Source: Eledone cirrhosa (lineage: Eukaryota). From it: a stretch of DNA of 64,000 nt. The translations under genes and the position numbers were made by a program. The stretch spans positions 181,350,001 to 181,414,000 of the forward strand of contig OZ024743.1 in the NCBI GenBank assembly GCA_964016885.1. Direction: 5' to 3'. The notes below the pieces were generated by a model, which did not search any database, was not told the DNA's origin, and saw only the letters and a program-made list of their open reading frames with translations. Of the stretch, positions 1 to 13,575 are shown piece after piece (position 1 is the stretch's first letter; every line of letters begins with the position of its first letter).

Positions 1-3000
1 ACAGAGTATGTGTGTATGTCACAGTGTATGTGGGTCTGTGATGCAGTGTATGTGTGTCTGTGACACAGGGTATGTGTGTCTGTCTTACAGTGTATGTGTA
101 TCTGTGACACAGTGTATGTGTGTCTGTGACACAGTATATGTGTGTCTGTGATACAGTGTATGTGTGTCTGTGTTACAGTGTATGTGTGTCTCTGTTGCAG
201 TGTATGTGTGTATCTGACAGAGTATATGTGTGTCTGTGTTACAGTGTATGTGCGTCTGTGTTACAGTGTATGCGCGTCTGTGACACAGTGTATGTGTGTC
301 TGTGGCACAGTGTATGTGTGTTTGTATTACAGTGTATGTGTGTCTGTGACACAGTGTATGTGTGTCTGTGACACAGTGTATGTGTATCTGTGACACAGTG
401 TATGTGTGTCTGTGACACAGTATATGTGTGTCTGTGATACAGTGTATGTGTGTCTGTGTTACAGTGTATGTGTGTCTCTGTTGCAGTGTATGTGTGTCTG
501 TGACACAGTGTATGTGTGTATGTGACAGAGTATATGTGTGTCTGTGTTACAGTGTATGTGCGTCTGTGTTACAGTGTATGCGCGTCTGTGACACAGTGTA
601 TGTGTGTCTGTGGCACAGTGTGTGTTTGTATTACAGTGTATGTGTGTCTGTGACACAGTGTATGTGGGTCTATGACACAGTGTATGTGTGTCTGTGACAC
701 AATGTATGTGTGCCTGTGTTACAGTGTATGTGTGTATGTGTTACAGTGTATGTGTGTATGTGTTACAGTGTATGTGTGTCTGTGACACAGTGTATGTGGG
801 TCTATGACACAGTGTATGTGTGTCTGTGACACAATGTATGTGTGCCTGTGTTACAGTGTATGTGTGTATGTGTTACAGTCTATGTGTGTATGTGTTACAG
901 TGTATGTGTGTCTGTGACACAGTGTATGTATGTCTGTGACACAGTGTATGTGTGTCTGTGACACAGTGTATGTGTGTCTGTGTTACAGTGTATGTGTGTA
1001 TGTGACACAATGTATGTGTGTCAGTGACACAGTGTATGTGTGTCTGCGATACAGTGTATATGTGTCTGTGACACAGTGTATGTGTCTGTGTTAAAGTGTA
1101 TGTGTGTCTGTGACACAGTGTATGTGTGTATGTGACACAGTTTATGTGTGTCTGTGTTACAGTGTATGTGTCTCTGTGTTACAGTGTATGTGTGTCTGTG
1201 ACACAGTGTATGTGTGTCTGTGACACAGTGTATGTGTATCTGTGACACAGTGTATGTGTGTCTGTGACACAGTATATGTGTGTCTGTGACACAGTGTATG
1301 TGTATCTGTGACACAGTGTATGTGTGTCTGTGACACAGTGTATGTGTATCTGTGACACAGTGTATGTGTGTCTGTGTTACAGTGTATGTGTGTCTCTGTT
1401 GCAGTGTATGTGTGTCTGTGACACAGTGTATGTGTGTATGTGACAGAGTATATGTGTGTCTGTGTTACAGTGTATGTGCGTCTGTGTTACAGTGTATGCG
1501 CGTCTGTGACACAGTGTATGTGTGTCTGTGGCACAGTGTATGTGTGTTTGTATTACAGTGTATGTGTGTCTGTGACACAGTGTATGTGGGTCTATGACAC
1601 AGTGTATGTGTGTCTGTGACACAATGTATGTGTGCCTGTGTTACAGTGTATGTGTGTATGTGTTACAGTGTATGTGTGTATGTGTTACAGTGTATGTGTG
1701 TCTGTGACACAGTGTATGTGGGTCTATGACACAGTGTATGTGTGTCTGTGACACAATGTATGTGTGCCTGTGTTACAGTGTATGTGTGTATGTGTTACAG
1801 TCTATGTGTGTATGTGTTACAGTGTATGTGTGTCTGTGACACAGTGTATGTATGTCTGTGACACAGTGTATGTGTGTATGTGACACAGTGTATGTGTGTA
1901 TGTGTTACAGTGTATGTGTCTCTATGTTACAGTGTATGTGTGACTGTGACACAGTGTATGTGTGTCTTTGACACAGTATATGTGTGTCTGTGTTACAGTG
2001 TATGTGTGTCCGTGACACAGTGTATGTGTGTCTGTGTTACAGTGTATGTGTGTCTGTGTTACAGTGTATGTGTGTCTGTGACACAGTATATGTGTGTCTA
2101 TGACACAGTGTATGTGTGTCTGTGTTACATTGTATGTGTGTCTGTGACACAGTGTATGTGTGTATATCACAGTGTCTGTGTCTATGACACAGTGTATGTG
2201 TGTCTGTGTTACAGTGTATGTGTGACACAGTGTATGTGTGTATGCCACAGTGTATGTGGGTCTATGACACAGTGTATGTGTGTCTGTGACACAGTGTATG
2301 TGTGTATGTCACAGTGTATGTCGGTCTATGGTGCAGTGTATGTGTGTGTGTGTTGCAGTGTATGTGTGTATGCCACAGTGTATGTGTGTCTGTTAAACAG
2401 TGTATGTGTGTCTGTGACACAGTGTATGTGTGTATGTGTGCCTGTGATACAGTGTACGTGTCTGTGTTACAGTGTATGTGTGTTCTACTAAACAGTTTAT
2501 GTGTGTCTCTGACACTGTGTATGTGTGTCTGTGTTACAGTGAATGTGTGTATGTCACAGTGTATGTGGGTCTATGATACAGTGTATGTGTGTCTGTGACA
2601 CAGAGTATGTGTGTATGTCACAGTGTATGTGGGTCTGTGATACAGTGTATGTGTGTATGTGACACAGGGTGTGTGTGTCTGTGTTACAGTGTATGTGTAT
2701 CTAGTGACACAGTGTATGTGTGTCTGTGACACAGTGTATGTGTGTCTGTGTTGCAGTGTATGTGTCTCTGTGACACAGTGTATGTGTGTATGTGACACAG
2801 TGTATGTGTGTATGTGACACAGTGTATGTGTGCCTGTGACACAGTGTATGTGTGTCTGTGTTACAGTGTATGTGTGTCTGTGACCAAGTGTATGTGTGTA
2901 TGTCACAGTGTATGTTTGTGTGACCCAGTGTATGTGTGTCTGTGTTACAGTGTATGTGTGTATGTCACAGTGTATGTGGGTCTGTGATACAGTGTATGTG

Positions 3001-3955
3001 TGTCTGTGTTACAGTGTATGTGTGTATGTCACAGTGTATGTGCGTCTTGACACAGTGTGTGTGTGTATGTGAAACAGTGTATGTGTGTATGTGTTACAGT
3101 GTATGTGTGTCTGTGGCACAGTGTATGTGTCTGTGTTACAGTGTATGTGTGTCTTTGACACTGTGAATGTGTGTCTGTGTTACAGTGAATGTGTGTATAT
3201 CACAGTGTATTTGGGTCTGTGATACAGTGTATGTGTGTTTGTGACACAGAGTATATGTGTATGTCACATTGTATGTGGGTCTGTGATGCAGTGTATGTGT
3301 GTCTGTGACACAGGGTGTGTGTGTATGTGTTACAGTCTATGTATTTCTGTGACACAGTGTATATGTGTATGTCACAGTGTATGTGTCTCTCTCTTACAGT
3401 GTATGTGTGTATGTGACAGTGTATGTGGGTATGTGATACAGCGTGTGTGTCTGTGTTACCGTGTATGTCTGTCTGTGACACAGTGTATGTGTCTGTGATA
3501 CAGTGTATGTGTGTGTGGCACAGTGTATGTGTGTCTATGACACAGTGTATGTGTGTCAGTGACAGTGTATGTGTGTCTATGGCACAGTGTATTTGCGTCT
3601 GTGACACAGTGTACCTGTTTCTGTGTTACAGTGTATGTATATCTATGACACAGTGTATGTGTGTCTGTGACACAGTGTATGTGTCTGTGTCACAGTGTAT
3701 GTGTCTGTGACAGTGTATGTGTGTCTATGACACAGTGTATGTGTGTCTGTGACACAGTGTATGTGTGTTTGTGACACAGTGTATGTGTCTGTGACACAGT
3801 GTATGTGTCTGTGACACAGTATATGTGTGTTTGTGACACAGTCTATGTGTGTTTGTGACACAGTGTATGTGTCTGTGACACAGTGTATGTGTCTTTGACA
3901 CAGTGTATGTGTCTGTGACAGAATCTATGTGTATCTGTGACAGAATGTATGCGTA
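1..3955. repeat. Minisatellite, ~22-bp unit ACAGTGTATGTGTGTCTGTGAC with 20-bp variants and higher-order blocks
   Basis: Unit read directly and repeated continuously from the window start; it decays after ~3900. All ORFs here are translations of the repeat. Confidence 0.97.
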
Positions 3956-4610
3956 TTTGTTGTTTTGCTGATGTAGAAATATTTATTTAAATCCAAAAGG
4001 GTTTCAGTGTCTCTCAGATTGAACATATATATAAGTGCTGAATATATATATGGCTATGTGAGGGAATTTGGTGTGGGCATGTGTGTATGTAAGAGAACCT
4101 TTTATTTTTAGTAACATCTTTTAATATTAGAAATTGGTTGGTGACTCTTTAAAAGTAAACACGTGATATGTAAGAGGAACGGGTTTATTTTAGAAACTGT
4201 AACGAGTTGGGTTGATGTGTGAAGTGAAACACTTAACTACAGCTCTTGCCTGCACCACAATCACCACTTCCATCACCACAAAAACAACAACTAAAAAAAA
4301 ACAACTATAACAACAAAAACTATTCCTGTCTTTGAATAGTTTCGATTCACCATGATAGTTTTAGTTGAAAATGACATTCTTTCAATGAAAGCTAAAATAA
4401 CGACAACGAAAGAGATTGGTTTAAAAATGTGACTGTTGTTATTTGTCGTGAAACTAGCTACTACTCATAGTTTCAATGGGATTGTTAGGTTCTTACTCAC
4501 ATCTTTATACTATATTCAATAAAAGGAAACGCACCATCACATAAATAGCGACACCAAACTCTCGAAAGTTCACCACTCCCTACAATAATACTTGACATTA
4601 ATTTCTAATG

Positions 4611-4753
4611 CTTTCCAGCATAGTTACGTCCCTTTACGATCTGAGTTCAAATCCCGCCGAGGTTGACTTTGCCTTTCATCCTTACGGGGTCGATAAAATA
4701 AAGTACCAGTAATGCACTGGGTAATTGCTGGCCTTGTGCCTAAAGTAGAAACA
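4611..4753 (+). mobile_element. SINE family A, 5'-truncated, with 14-bp TSD
   Basis: B-box-like GAGTTCAAATCCC, core GCCTTTCATCCTTACGGGGTCGATAAAATAAAGTACCAG; ATTAATTTCTAATG at 4597-4610 and 4754-4767. Confidence 0.9.
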
Positions 4754-5044
4754 ATTAATTTCTAATGTTTTTCTTGTCTGTTGCTATTGTTATTGTGTTT
4801 AGGCAACAGTCGATAGGACATCAACACATAGGAAAAATTCAATAACATCTCTAACCGTCATTTTAGTGTGGATCACGATTTCTTGATGGCGATTTCCCTC
4901 GTCAACGCCTACTTAACTAATTCGTTAAACCGGTTTCTGTAAGCTGTGCGTGTCGGAAACAATGCGTTGAGTTTCAAGTAATCGGTTTCCTGCACATGAA
5001 ATCTATCTAAGTCGACCGCATGAATCACGCATTTAAGATACATG

Positions 5045-5348
5045 TAGGCAAAACCAACCGGAAGGAGACCTAGGGGTAGACCCCGAGCAAGATGGTTGGA
5101 TATCATCCATGAGCTTGGCTGGTCTCGCTTGGGGATCCAACCAGATCAGTTGGAGACAGTTGCTTCTGGCAGGACCCGCTGGAAGGAGTGTTTAATGACT
5201 CTTCCTTCACGACCCATTCAGAAATAAGTGGGGGAAGAAGAAGAAGAAGAAGAAGAAGAAGAAGAAGAAGAAGAAGAAGAAGAAGAAGAAGAAGAAGAAG
5301 AAGAAGAAGAAGAAGAAGAAGAAGAAGAAGAAGAAGAAGAAGAAGAAG
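5045..5348 (+). mobile_element. RTE-clade LINE 3' end with (GAA)n tail
   Basis: Translates AKPTGRRPRGRPRARWLDIIHELGWSRLGIQPDQLETVASGRTRWKECL, an RTE-type C-terminus, followed by a long GAA run; five more copies in the window. Confidence 0.85.
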
Positions 5349-6284
5349 ATGGTGGGGAGAGGAGAGAATCAACCTTTGACTCACTTTTCCCAAACAATTT
5401 GCGGTCTTCCATGAAAAAGAGAAGATTTATTTGCAGTCCATTTTTCAATGTAAGTAACCAACCATTGTCTGTGGTACAATATACGAAGAATTATATAATA
5501 GACGCACTTTGATATAATTAGTTTCTAGATAAGCATTACTAATACAATAATAAACTAAGCGGGAATCATTTATTGTTCATTCCAAATACTAATGTTTCAA
5601 TAATTATTTATACAAAATGGAAAAACCAGTTTGAGGTGTTTTGCTTGGACAAGCGAGGCATTAAAACCTCATAAATTCCAGAGAAAAAGGGAAAACCATT
5701 AAATCAGCCTTTATAATAGTTGTAAATTAAGTGAAAAATAAACAATATAACTTCCGAATCATAGGAAATGATGTTTAATGTAAATAAATTCATAATGCTA
5801 TCCTGAAACAAATTGCATTTTTATAGTCAACATTAAATGTTGCATTTTACATCAAATTTCAGCAAAATAACTTAAGCTTTATCTGCTAAATTTAGCTTCA
5901 ACCTCAATGTGTGCTGACCAAGAAAGATATCAGGTATAGAATACGCAAATTTCCGCTTTCTTTAGTGAAAATTGGAAAACCCACTCAACTCAATTATTCC
6001 AGGTTGTTTTTAAAACTTTATATAAGCGCTTTCATAATTTTTTTTTTTTATGTAAAAAATTTATTTAAAAGAATAAGTTCTGACACAAAATACTTAAATC
6101 ATACCTGTTAAAATAGACTAAAAATAAAACATTGGACAAGGCGAAGTTTAATTTTATAGCTCGTTTGTATCAAAAGTCTTCATTGAATGATTGTTTTACG
6201 AGTTGGAGGTAGCTGACTATATTATTTATGTGTATGGTATACGTAATTCCTGATAGTGTCGTAGGGATGCCATATTGATATACA

Positions 6285-6540
6285 GTGTTTCTTATGGCAT
6301 TTTTAAACCTGGTAGAGCTCATCTCCTCTCCAGGCCTCAGTACAGAGAAGGGTAGAAAGTAGGAGAAAGAGGTAAAGAGGAAGAATCTACACTAGTAGAC
6401 TGGTACTTTTTTATCGACCTCGAATGGGTGAAAAACAAAGTTGACCTCGACAGCATTTGAACTGAGAGGTCAGAGAAACGGGGCGAATACCGCAAAACAT
6501 TCTATCCGACGTTCTAACAACTCTGCCAATTCACCAGCTC
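6285..6540 (-). mobile_element. SINE family A head/core with alternative tail (variant C)
   Basis: Reverse-complement core at ~6400-6465; tail motif CATCTCCTCTCCAGG shared with 12380-12560, 48950-49225, 52780-53005 and 54655-54955. Confidence 0.75.
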
Positions 6541-7310
6541 GTATGTCGACACTGTGATAACCTCAATCGTATTTCTAATTCCATACAGGCAACGTGTGAT
6601 GATTTAAACTGTGTATTCTGATGTAATTTTTTACTAATTAAACTTAATTATCACAGATGAATGTATATGCGTAATTACAGGCGTATTTTAGTGGTTAATT
6701 AACTGTTGTAATAGTATGTGATTATTGTAGACAAATATTATTAATTCCGATAATTAAACTGTTGTTAATTAAACAAAATAAATATTTTAAATATAATTAT
6801 TCAATATTCATCTTATTCAAACTTAATACATCATTCATGTTTGTTGTGAAAGATTGGGAAAATGTGTACTATGTGGGGTATTCGTTATTTTACGCCGCTT
6901 GTCGGGAAAATCCCACTTAAATAGGAACAATTGGTGACCTTGAACACAACATAGTCTGTATATGGTGGTGGTGGTGGTGGTGGTGGTTGAGGTTGTGGTA
7001 GGGGGGAGTTGGTGGTGGCTGAGGTTGTGGTAGGGGGGAGTTGGTGTTGGTATCGTTATGTCGTCAGATATATTTTTGCTTTCATTCTCTTTCTCTTCAT
7101 TCATAAAGAGACACTTTTCCATTCATCATTTTCGCCGAGCTCGTTACACGACGTAACTGAAATAGGGAGAGGTATGTCTTGTGGTGTTGTACTGGGATTA
7201 GGAGGTTCTGTTGCTGATGTTGGCAATGGTATTACAGTTTATGTAGTAGTTGGTTCTGCCAACCTTTATCACAAGTTGGTAAATCTTTCCTCGGTTATTA
7301 TAATTGTCTG

Positions 7311-7576
7311 TTAGTAGCGCTGCAGTGCCAAAGAATCCAATATTGGCGAACATTTCTTTGTTATTAATGTTGGTGGTGGTGGTGGTGGGGGGGGTGGGAG
7401 CACTGCCCTTGCTGCTTCGACAATTTCGCGATGGTTCTTGCCGTTTTTGATATTGTCGTTGACGTTGTTGTTGTTTTTGTTACTTCCACTTATTGCGGTG
7501 GTGATGATGGCGGTAGTGGTGATTGTGGCAGAGGTATTTTGACTCACAGCCATCAGAGGTGAGAAGGCGTCCAAGT
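7311..7576 (-). other. Possible host terminal exon (T/N/P-rich reading frame)
   Basis: Minus-strand acceptor-like TCCTCTCTATAG followed by the open frame LDAFSPLMAVSQNTS...LALQRY*; no recognisable domain and no partner exon found. Confidence 0.2.
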
Positions 7577-7599
7577 CTATAGAGAGGATGATATCTTCA

Positions 7600-7712
7600 T
7601 TACTATTAGGTTATTTTATTGACCCCTTAAGGATGAAAGTCAAAGCTAACCTCGGCGGCAGTTGAACGTAAAGCGCCGTAACTCGATGGCTTGAAGCATG
7701 TTGTCCGACACT
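7600..7712 (-). mobile_element. SINE family A fragment
   Basis: GACCCCTTAAGGATGAAAGTCAAAGCTAACCTCGGCGG is the reverse complement of the family core. Confidence 0.75.
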
Positions 7713-8098
7713 TGGTTTCTGTATCATTCATGTCATCATGTTTTACTTCATCTGTAATTTTTATTTTTCTCTCAAATCTAAGGGTAATTCTCTTTTGTAA
7801 CACCCTAATTAACATGATCTCAGTCCAAGGATAAAGGGCCCCTATAATCCTGATTTGATTTGGGAGTTTCCGTCTCCTAGGAGAGTTGTCATTCATGACT
7901 AGAAAGCCCATCTTACCCATTTTTATTATTTTATTTGTGACGAACACTGCAAAATGGAACTATCCCGCATCACCCCCACCAACCCCACCACCACTACCAC
8001 GAAAGAAAAACTCCCCTCAAAGAATGCTCCTACCCCAGACAGATACACACAATTGGCTAATTTTGAAGGATATTCAGTGTAACAGTGTATAACAAGGT

Positions 8099-8460
8099 TT
8101 CTTCTTCTTCTTCTTCTTCTTCTTCTTCTTCTTCTTCTTCTCCCACTTATTCTTGAGAGGATCATGGGGCTAGAGTCCTCAAACACTCCTTCCAGTGGGT
8201 CCTGTCAGAAGCAACCGTCTCCAACTGATCTGACTGGATCCCCAAGCGAGACCAGCCAAGCTCATGGATGTTATCCAACCATCTTGCTCGAGGTCTACCC
8301 CTAGGTCTCTTTCCGGTTGGTTTTGCCTGTAAAATCTGTCCAGCGATTCTTTCCTGAGACATTCTAACCTCATGCCTGTTGTATCGGGGCTGTGATCTCT
8401 CAATTCGGAGAATTAGCGACTCTTATCTGGAGTGACTCTCTGAGTGATTCTGGTAAAGTT
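8099..8460 (-). mobile_element. RTE-clade LINE 3' end with (GAA)n tail
   Basis: ORF 8162-8362 MSQERIAGQILQAKPTGKRPRGRPRARWLD...; (TTC)n at 8099-8140. Confidence 0.88.
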
Positions 8461-9141
8461 TATGTTTAGTGTCTGACAAAGAGATATAGGGAGATTGTCG
8501 AGTCCAAGCTATCTGATGCAGTACTGTGTGACAAGACTGGTCCTTTGAATTACAGATGCAGTCCATCTGATGGGCTTTCAAACAGTTTCCGTCAACTAAA
8601 TTTCACTCACAATGCTTGAGTCGACGACCTCAGGTTATAGTAAATGACATTTGTTCGAGATGCCACGCAGTAGGATAGAACCTGGGATTGGGAAACGAAC
8701 TACTTTAACGATTCGGCCATGATTCATTGTTGTGGATAACACAGCATATCTACCACTTGAAACAACTTATAAACTCACAACATAAAAAGGAACTTCACAC
8801 TTGAAATGTTAGCTATATGTTCGAGGTGATTAGACGATAAGTTGAGAATATCATAAGCAGGAAATACGTATGTTATCTTGTTAGGTAAATATATGTGCGA
8901 TTATACAACGAAAAAGTGTTTGTTAAGAGTTGTTTTTACATTTAGTTTGTTTTTTAATTTTTAAACACAAATATTGGTTTGTTGACCTGTCGATTTCGAA
9001 TCTTTCATTGACAAATTAACTTCGTCCCAGAGGTGAAATATAGGTTAACATCTTTAGGAAGTGACTTTAAGATAAATAAATCATGGAGAAAGATTTTGTA
9101 ATCAGTTGTGCTCACACGTGTGTAAATGAATATAAATATAA

Positions 9142-9326
<185 letters not shown>

Positions 9327-9751
9327 AAACTTGGGGAGGGTCATATAGTTATAATATTGCCAGAAATAATAACAGAACACACTCACTGTTTGGTTTGGGT
9401 TGGTTTTCGCTTCTGTCTCTTTTATATCTCCATAGTTAATTTATCTGGCAATCAATATTTATCATTGAGTGACCAACGATTAAAAATACAGATATAAATA
9501 TATATATATATATATATAGTCTATCAAAGTTCTTTCGTGACACATCTCCGACATCATCAGTGGTACTATTATGTATTATTGTAAAGTGTACGCCATTTTT
9601 ATTTTATTTATTTATTTATTTATTTATTCTTGACTCTGTCTCTGCGCATGCGTTTGCGTGTGTGTTTAATGTTTGGTGTGTGTGTTCGCGTTTGAGTGTA
9701 TGTGTTTTTGTTTTTGTATTCTATATTTGCATTAACACCAACCGTCTCTCT

Positions 9752-10105
9752 AACTAACAATAACACCAATGCTTAGCCTAACTTTAGCAATTCAAACAAA
9801 CACTGACCTTAAACCGAAACCTAACACTAAGACTAACGATAATCCTTAATCCAAACCTAATTCTAAACCAAACTATAAACCTAAACCTAAACCTAACGCT
9901 AATCCCAACCCTAATCCAAATCCTAACTCTAACCATAAAAACTAACCTCTAACTACCCAGAATTAATCATAGCACTAAGCCCTAAAGTTAACCCAAACCC
10001 CAACCCTATTCCTAACATTACAGCAGCTAAACCTAAATTGATCTTGACTATAACCTTAAAATGTAAGCTTAATCCTAACGCTAACACTAAACATAACCCT
10101 AAAAC
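9752..10105 (+). repeat. Degenerate telomere-like (TAACCC)-type hexamer array
   Basis: 6-bp periodic variants TAACCC/TAAACC/TAATCC/CAACCC/TAACAC over ~350 bp. Confidence 0.7.
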
Positions 10106-10159
10106 TTGCTCTTATTCCATTCCACACATATATATATATTATTTATACATATATATATA

Positions 10160-10560
10160 TGATAATAAGGGCGCTGCGGAGTTGCAAATGGGTTACATAT
10201 GAAAAAAGTTTGTCCTTCATCAGTGATCTTCCAACCATCATAGGCATTTCATCGCTTTAAAGACCATATACCTCCGGTTGGTGCGAGCAACGGCTAAAAA
10301 AAAGTCGTTGGCGACACGTAAATAAAGGACGCGAGTGTAAACAAACAAAATGGTGAAGCAACAGAAAGTGAGGAAGAAGGAGACAAGTCCCAAATTTCTA
10401 TGAATTTAAATTCGGTGAAATCGTGAACGAGAGAATAAAGACCATCAAACCTGGTTGAAATGTGAGCAAGGAAGGAATTTCGCACAGGTCTAACGGGAGG
10501 AAGAAGGGGTCTGGTCTGAGAATTCGGTAAACATAAGTTCTGTGAAATCGTAGACGAGAG
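10160..10560 (-). mobile_element. Penelope-like terminal-repeat (pLTR) type element
   Basis: Shares CATCAGT..TCATAGGYATTTC..ATACCT with 20110-20210, 25425-25520 and 25960-26055; minus-strand CTGATGA at 10217-10223; flanked by (TA)n. Confidence 0.5.
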
Positions 10561-10579
10561 AGATATATATAGGTATGTA

Positions 10580-10644
<65 letters not shown>

Positions 10645-10689
10645 GATATTAAACAAATGGAAACTATATTTATAAAACCATATTTATTT

Positions 10690-10748
10690 CATTATACATA
10701 TTTCGGGGATACCATATTAAAAATATGGCATGCCTTCTTCAGATAAAA
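10690..10748 (-). ncRNA. Minimal type I hammerhead ribozyme-like motif
   Basis: Minus strand CTGAAGA-AGGCATGCCATATT-TTT-AATATGGTATCCCC-GAAA-TATGTA: both core boxes and a long stem II; the stem I register is off by 1 nt. Confidence 0.6.
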
Positions 10749-10927
10749 TACAATATATAAACAGTTTTATAAATAATTTTGACGTACCATAAATATTGAC
10801 CAACCGTTATGTAAAAAGGTGGTTTGTTTAATATCGTATATCTACTCCAAAACTTGTCGAGTGCTTTATATCAGTTATAAAATATTGACTTGTTGTAACC
10901 TAACCCAACAATTTTATATAAAACTTT

Positions 10928-11198
<271 letters not shown>

Positions 11199-11621
11199 CA
11201 TATATATATGTGTGTGTATGTGTGTGTGTGTGTGTGTGCGTGTGTGTGTGTGTGTAATGGAAGAAGAGCAAGATTTAAGCTTATTTTTAGTGTTAGGGTG
11301 ACAAGCTGACCAATAAAATAGTATACGTCGGTTGTATTTTTCCAAGCACAACAACAACATCCAAAGTTAACAACCAGCAAGTCACCATCTGGGAACCGAC
11401 ATCTGTAACTGCGCGTAATTATTTTTTTCATTGTGCTACTTATTACATCAAATTTTTACTTGTTTATTTGTATTTAAACATAAGAATCCTATTGAATATA
11501 TCAAATTATTATGTAAATTAGAGCCGGCCTGCAGACATGCCTCATATATTATTTCTCATTTTATGCCAACTATTTCATTTAGGTTTACTTTCTTACACAA
11601 TCCGATACTGTTTGAAACTGA

Positions 11622-11870
11622 TCTTCTTCTTCTTCTTCTTCTTCTTCTTCTTCTTCTTCTTCTTCTTCTTCTTCTTCTTCGCCCACTTATTCCTGGGAGG
11701 TTCGTGGGGCAGAGTCCTCAAACACTCCCTCCTGTGTGTCCTGTCAGAAACAACTATCTCCAACTGATCCGGTTGCATCCCCAAGCGAGATCAGTCAAGC
11801 TCATAGATGTTATCCAACGATCTCGCTCGAGGCCTACCCCTGCGTCTCCTGCTGGCTGGTTTAAAACTGT
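11622..11870 (-). mobile_element. RTE-clade LINE 3' end with (GAA)n tail
   Basis: GMQPDQLEIVVSDRTHRRECLRTLP matches the other copies; (TTC)n at 11622-11680. Confidence 0.85.
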
Positions 11871-12621
11871 TGTGTTACTTTTTATGTAGTTGATCTGGCA
11901 TCCCAGCCTCTGTGAGGGTGAAACTTTGAGGCGTCATTCAAAGACCATGGGCAAGAGCCCAATGGAGGAGATAGTGAAGATCGAAAGGAACATGCCATGT
12001 GTCTGTTTATCGTGTAGACCTTGAGCACATGTCATAGTACATAGACGACTGGGCCCCCTGTCAACTTTGTCTTTTATCTTTCCAGGTGGATAAAGTACCA
12101 GTTAAGTGCTGGGGTCGATATAATCAACATTCTACTTCCTCTAAATTGCTCACCTTGTGCTGTTATTATTTTTCAAATCCCGCCGCAACGTTGTCTTTCA
12201 TCTTTCTGGGTTAAATAAAATAAAATAAAATACGCGCCAACTACTCCATATTTTTGCTGACCTTCTATCTAAATTTAAAATCAATATTTCACATTTCAAG
12301 ATTTTAAAAATATTTCATACAATAGGTAACCTGAAAATCAAACTGATGAACTCACAAGTAAATCGATATGGTCCCATAACTCCTGGTGGTGTCGTAAAAG
12401 AGCCTTAGTGGCATACGGCGTTTCTAAGGCTTTTTAAAAGCTGAGGAAGCCCATCTCCTCTCCAGGCATGCGTACAGCAGATTTCTTCTAGAGAAGGATA
12501 GAAAGTCAGAGATGGAAGTGAGAAAGAGATATAGAGGAAGGATGGTGTGCTGAGTGGGGTGTAACTCGTCAAATCGGACCTAGAAAACTAAAAATATTTA
12601 TAGTAATCAACTATTATTATA

Positions 12622-12815
12622 GACGGTGGATTGGCAGTATCGGTAGAGGGTCGGACACCATACTTTGCAGCAAAGAGTTACGGCCCTTTATGGTATGAGT
12701 TCAAATCCCGCCGAGGTTAAGTTTGCCTTTCATCCTTACGGGGTCGATGAAATAAGGTACCAGTAATGCACTGGGATAACTGCTGGCCTTGTGCCAAAAG
12801 TAGAAATAATTATTA
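12622..12815 (+). mobile_element. SINE family A, full length
   Basis: Head GACGGTGGATTGGCAGTATCGGTAGAG (A-box-like), GAGTTCAAATCCC (B-box-like), core and ATTATT tail; TATTATTATAG on both sides. Confidence 0.9.
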
Positions 12816-13575
12816 TAGGCATTTACGTTTAAGATTACTACATTTCAAATTGTAACTTAATTATATTTCGTAAATATATTTTCAGAAAGGCACAGCTTTT
12901 AACTTTGATTTATATTTAATGTTCTGTCACATATTTTGCACTTCCGGTATCTGATGACAGCTATTTTCATCAGCCTTTCACCATATCATACTCTATATCG
13001 TCTGGGGATTTTAGGCATCTGCTTATTTACTTCGGCCTCATACTTTACATTAGTTTTCGTTTAGCTTTTATTCTTCCTTTTCTTTTCTTGTCATTTACTT
13101 ATAACTTATTTATCATGTATATATATATATATAGGTTTGGTGGAACTTGGGGGGGGGGGGGGTAGGGGCATCGTCCCCTCAATAATGATATTTCTTTCAC
13201 CAAACTACCAAAACACACATCTATTTGTATATGCACTAAAATTTATAAATTTATGTTCATGTTATGTAGAGATAGGTGGGAGAGATAGATATAGATATAG
13301 AGAGGGGGGAGGGTTTGGTGGTAATTGATATAAATTTCTATTTATTTGCCACCAGGGCATCAAAGATTGGGACAAATACAAAGGGGGGAGTTTACATACA
13401 TTTAAAAAGACGTGTAAAAAACATATAACAAATTAAATTTAACAATCGATGTCCTCAATAGGGAGGGGCGTTGACATGGGTCGCACACACCCCCCGAAAA
13501 AATGTGCAACGATCCTCTTCAGGAGCACAAAGATCGAGGTGCTTCCTTCCTCTTCTCATTCTTCTCCTCTCTCAC

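Noticed and set aside
85-3861. Many Cys/His/Thr-rich ORFs, and CRISPR-like regular spacing
   Set aside because: These are translations of the 22-bp repeat on both strands; there are no unique spacers and no cas genes.
5103-5512. Poly-E/R/L/S ORFs (also 34533-34989, 46149-46738, 56740-57528)
   Set aside because: Trinucleotide repeats that are open in several frames; the GAA runs are RTE tails.
12622-12715. tRNA-like A and B boxes here and in other SINE heads
   Set aside because: No complete cloverleaf, and each continues into a SINE core.
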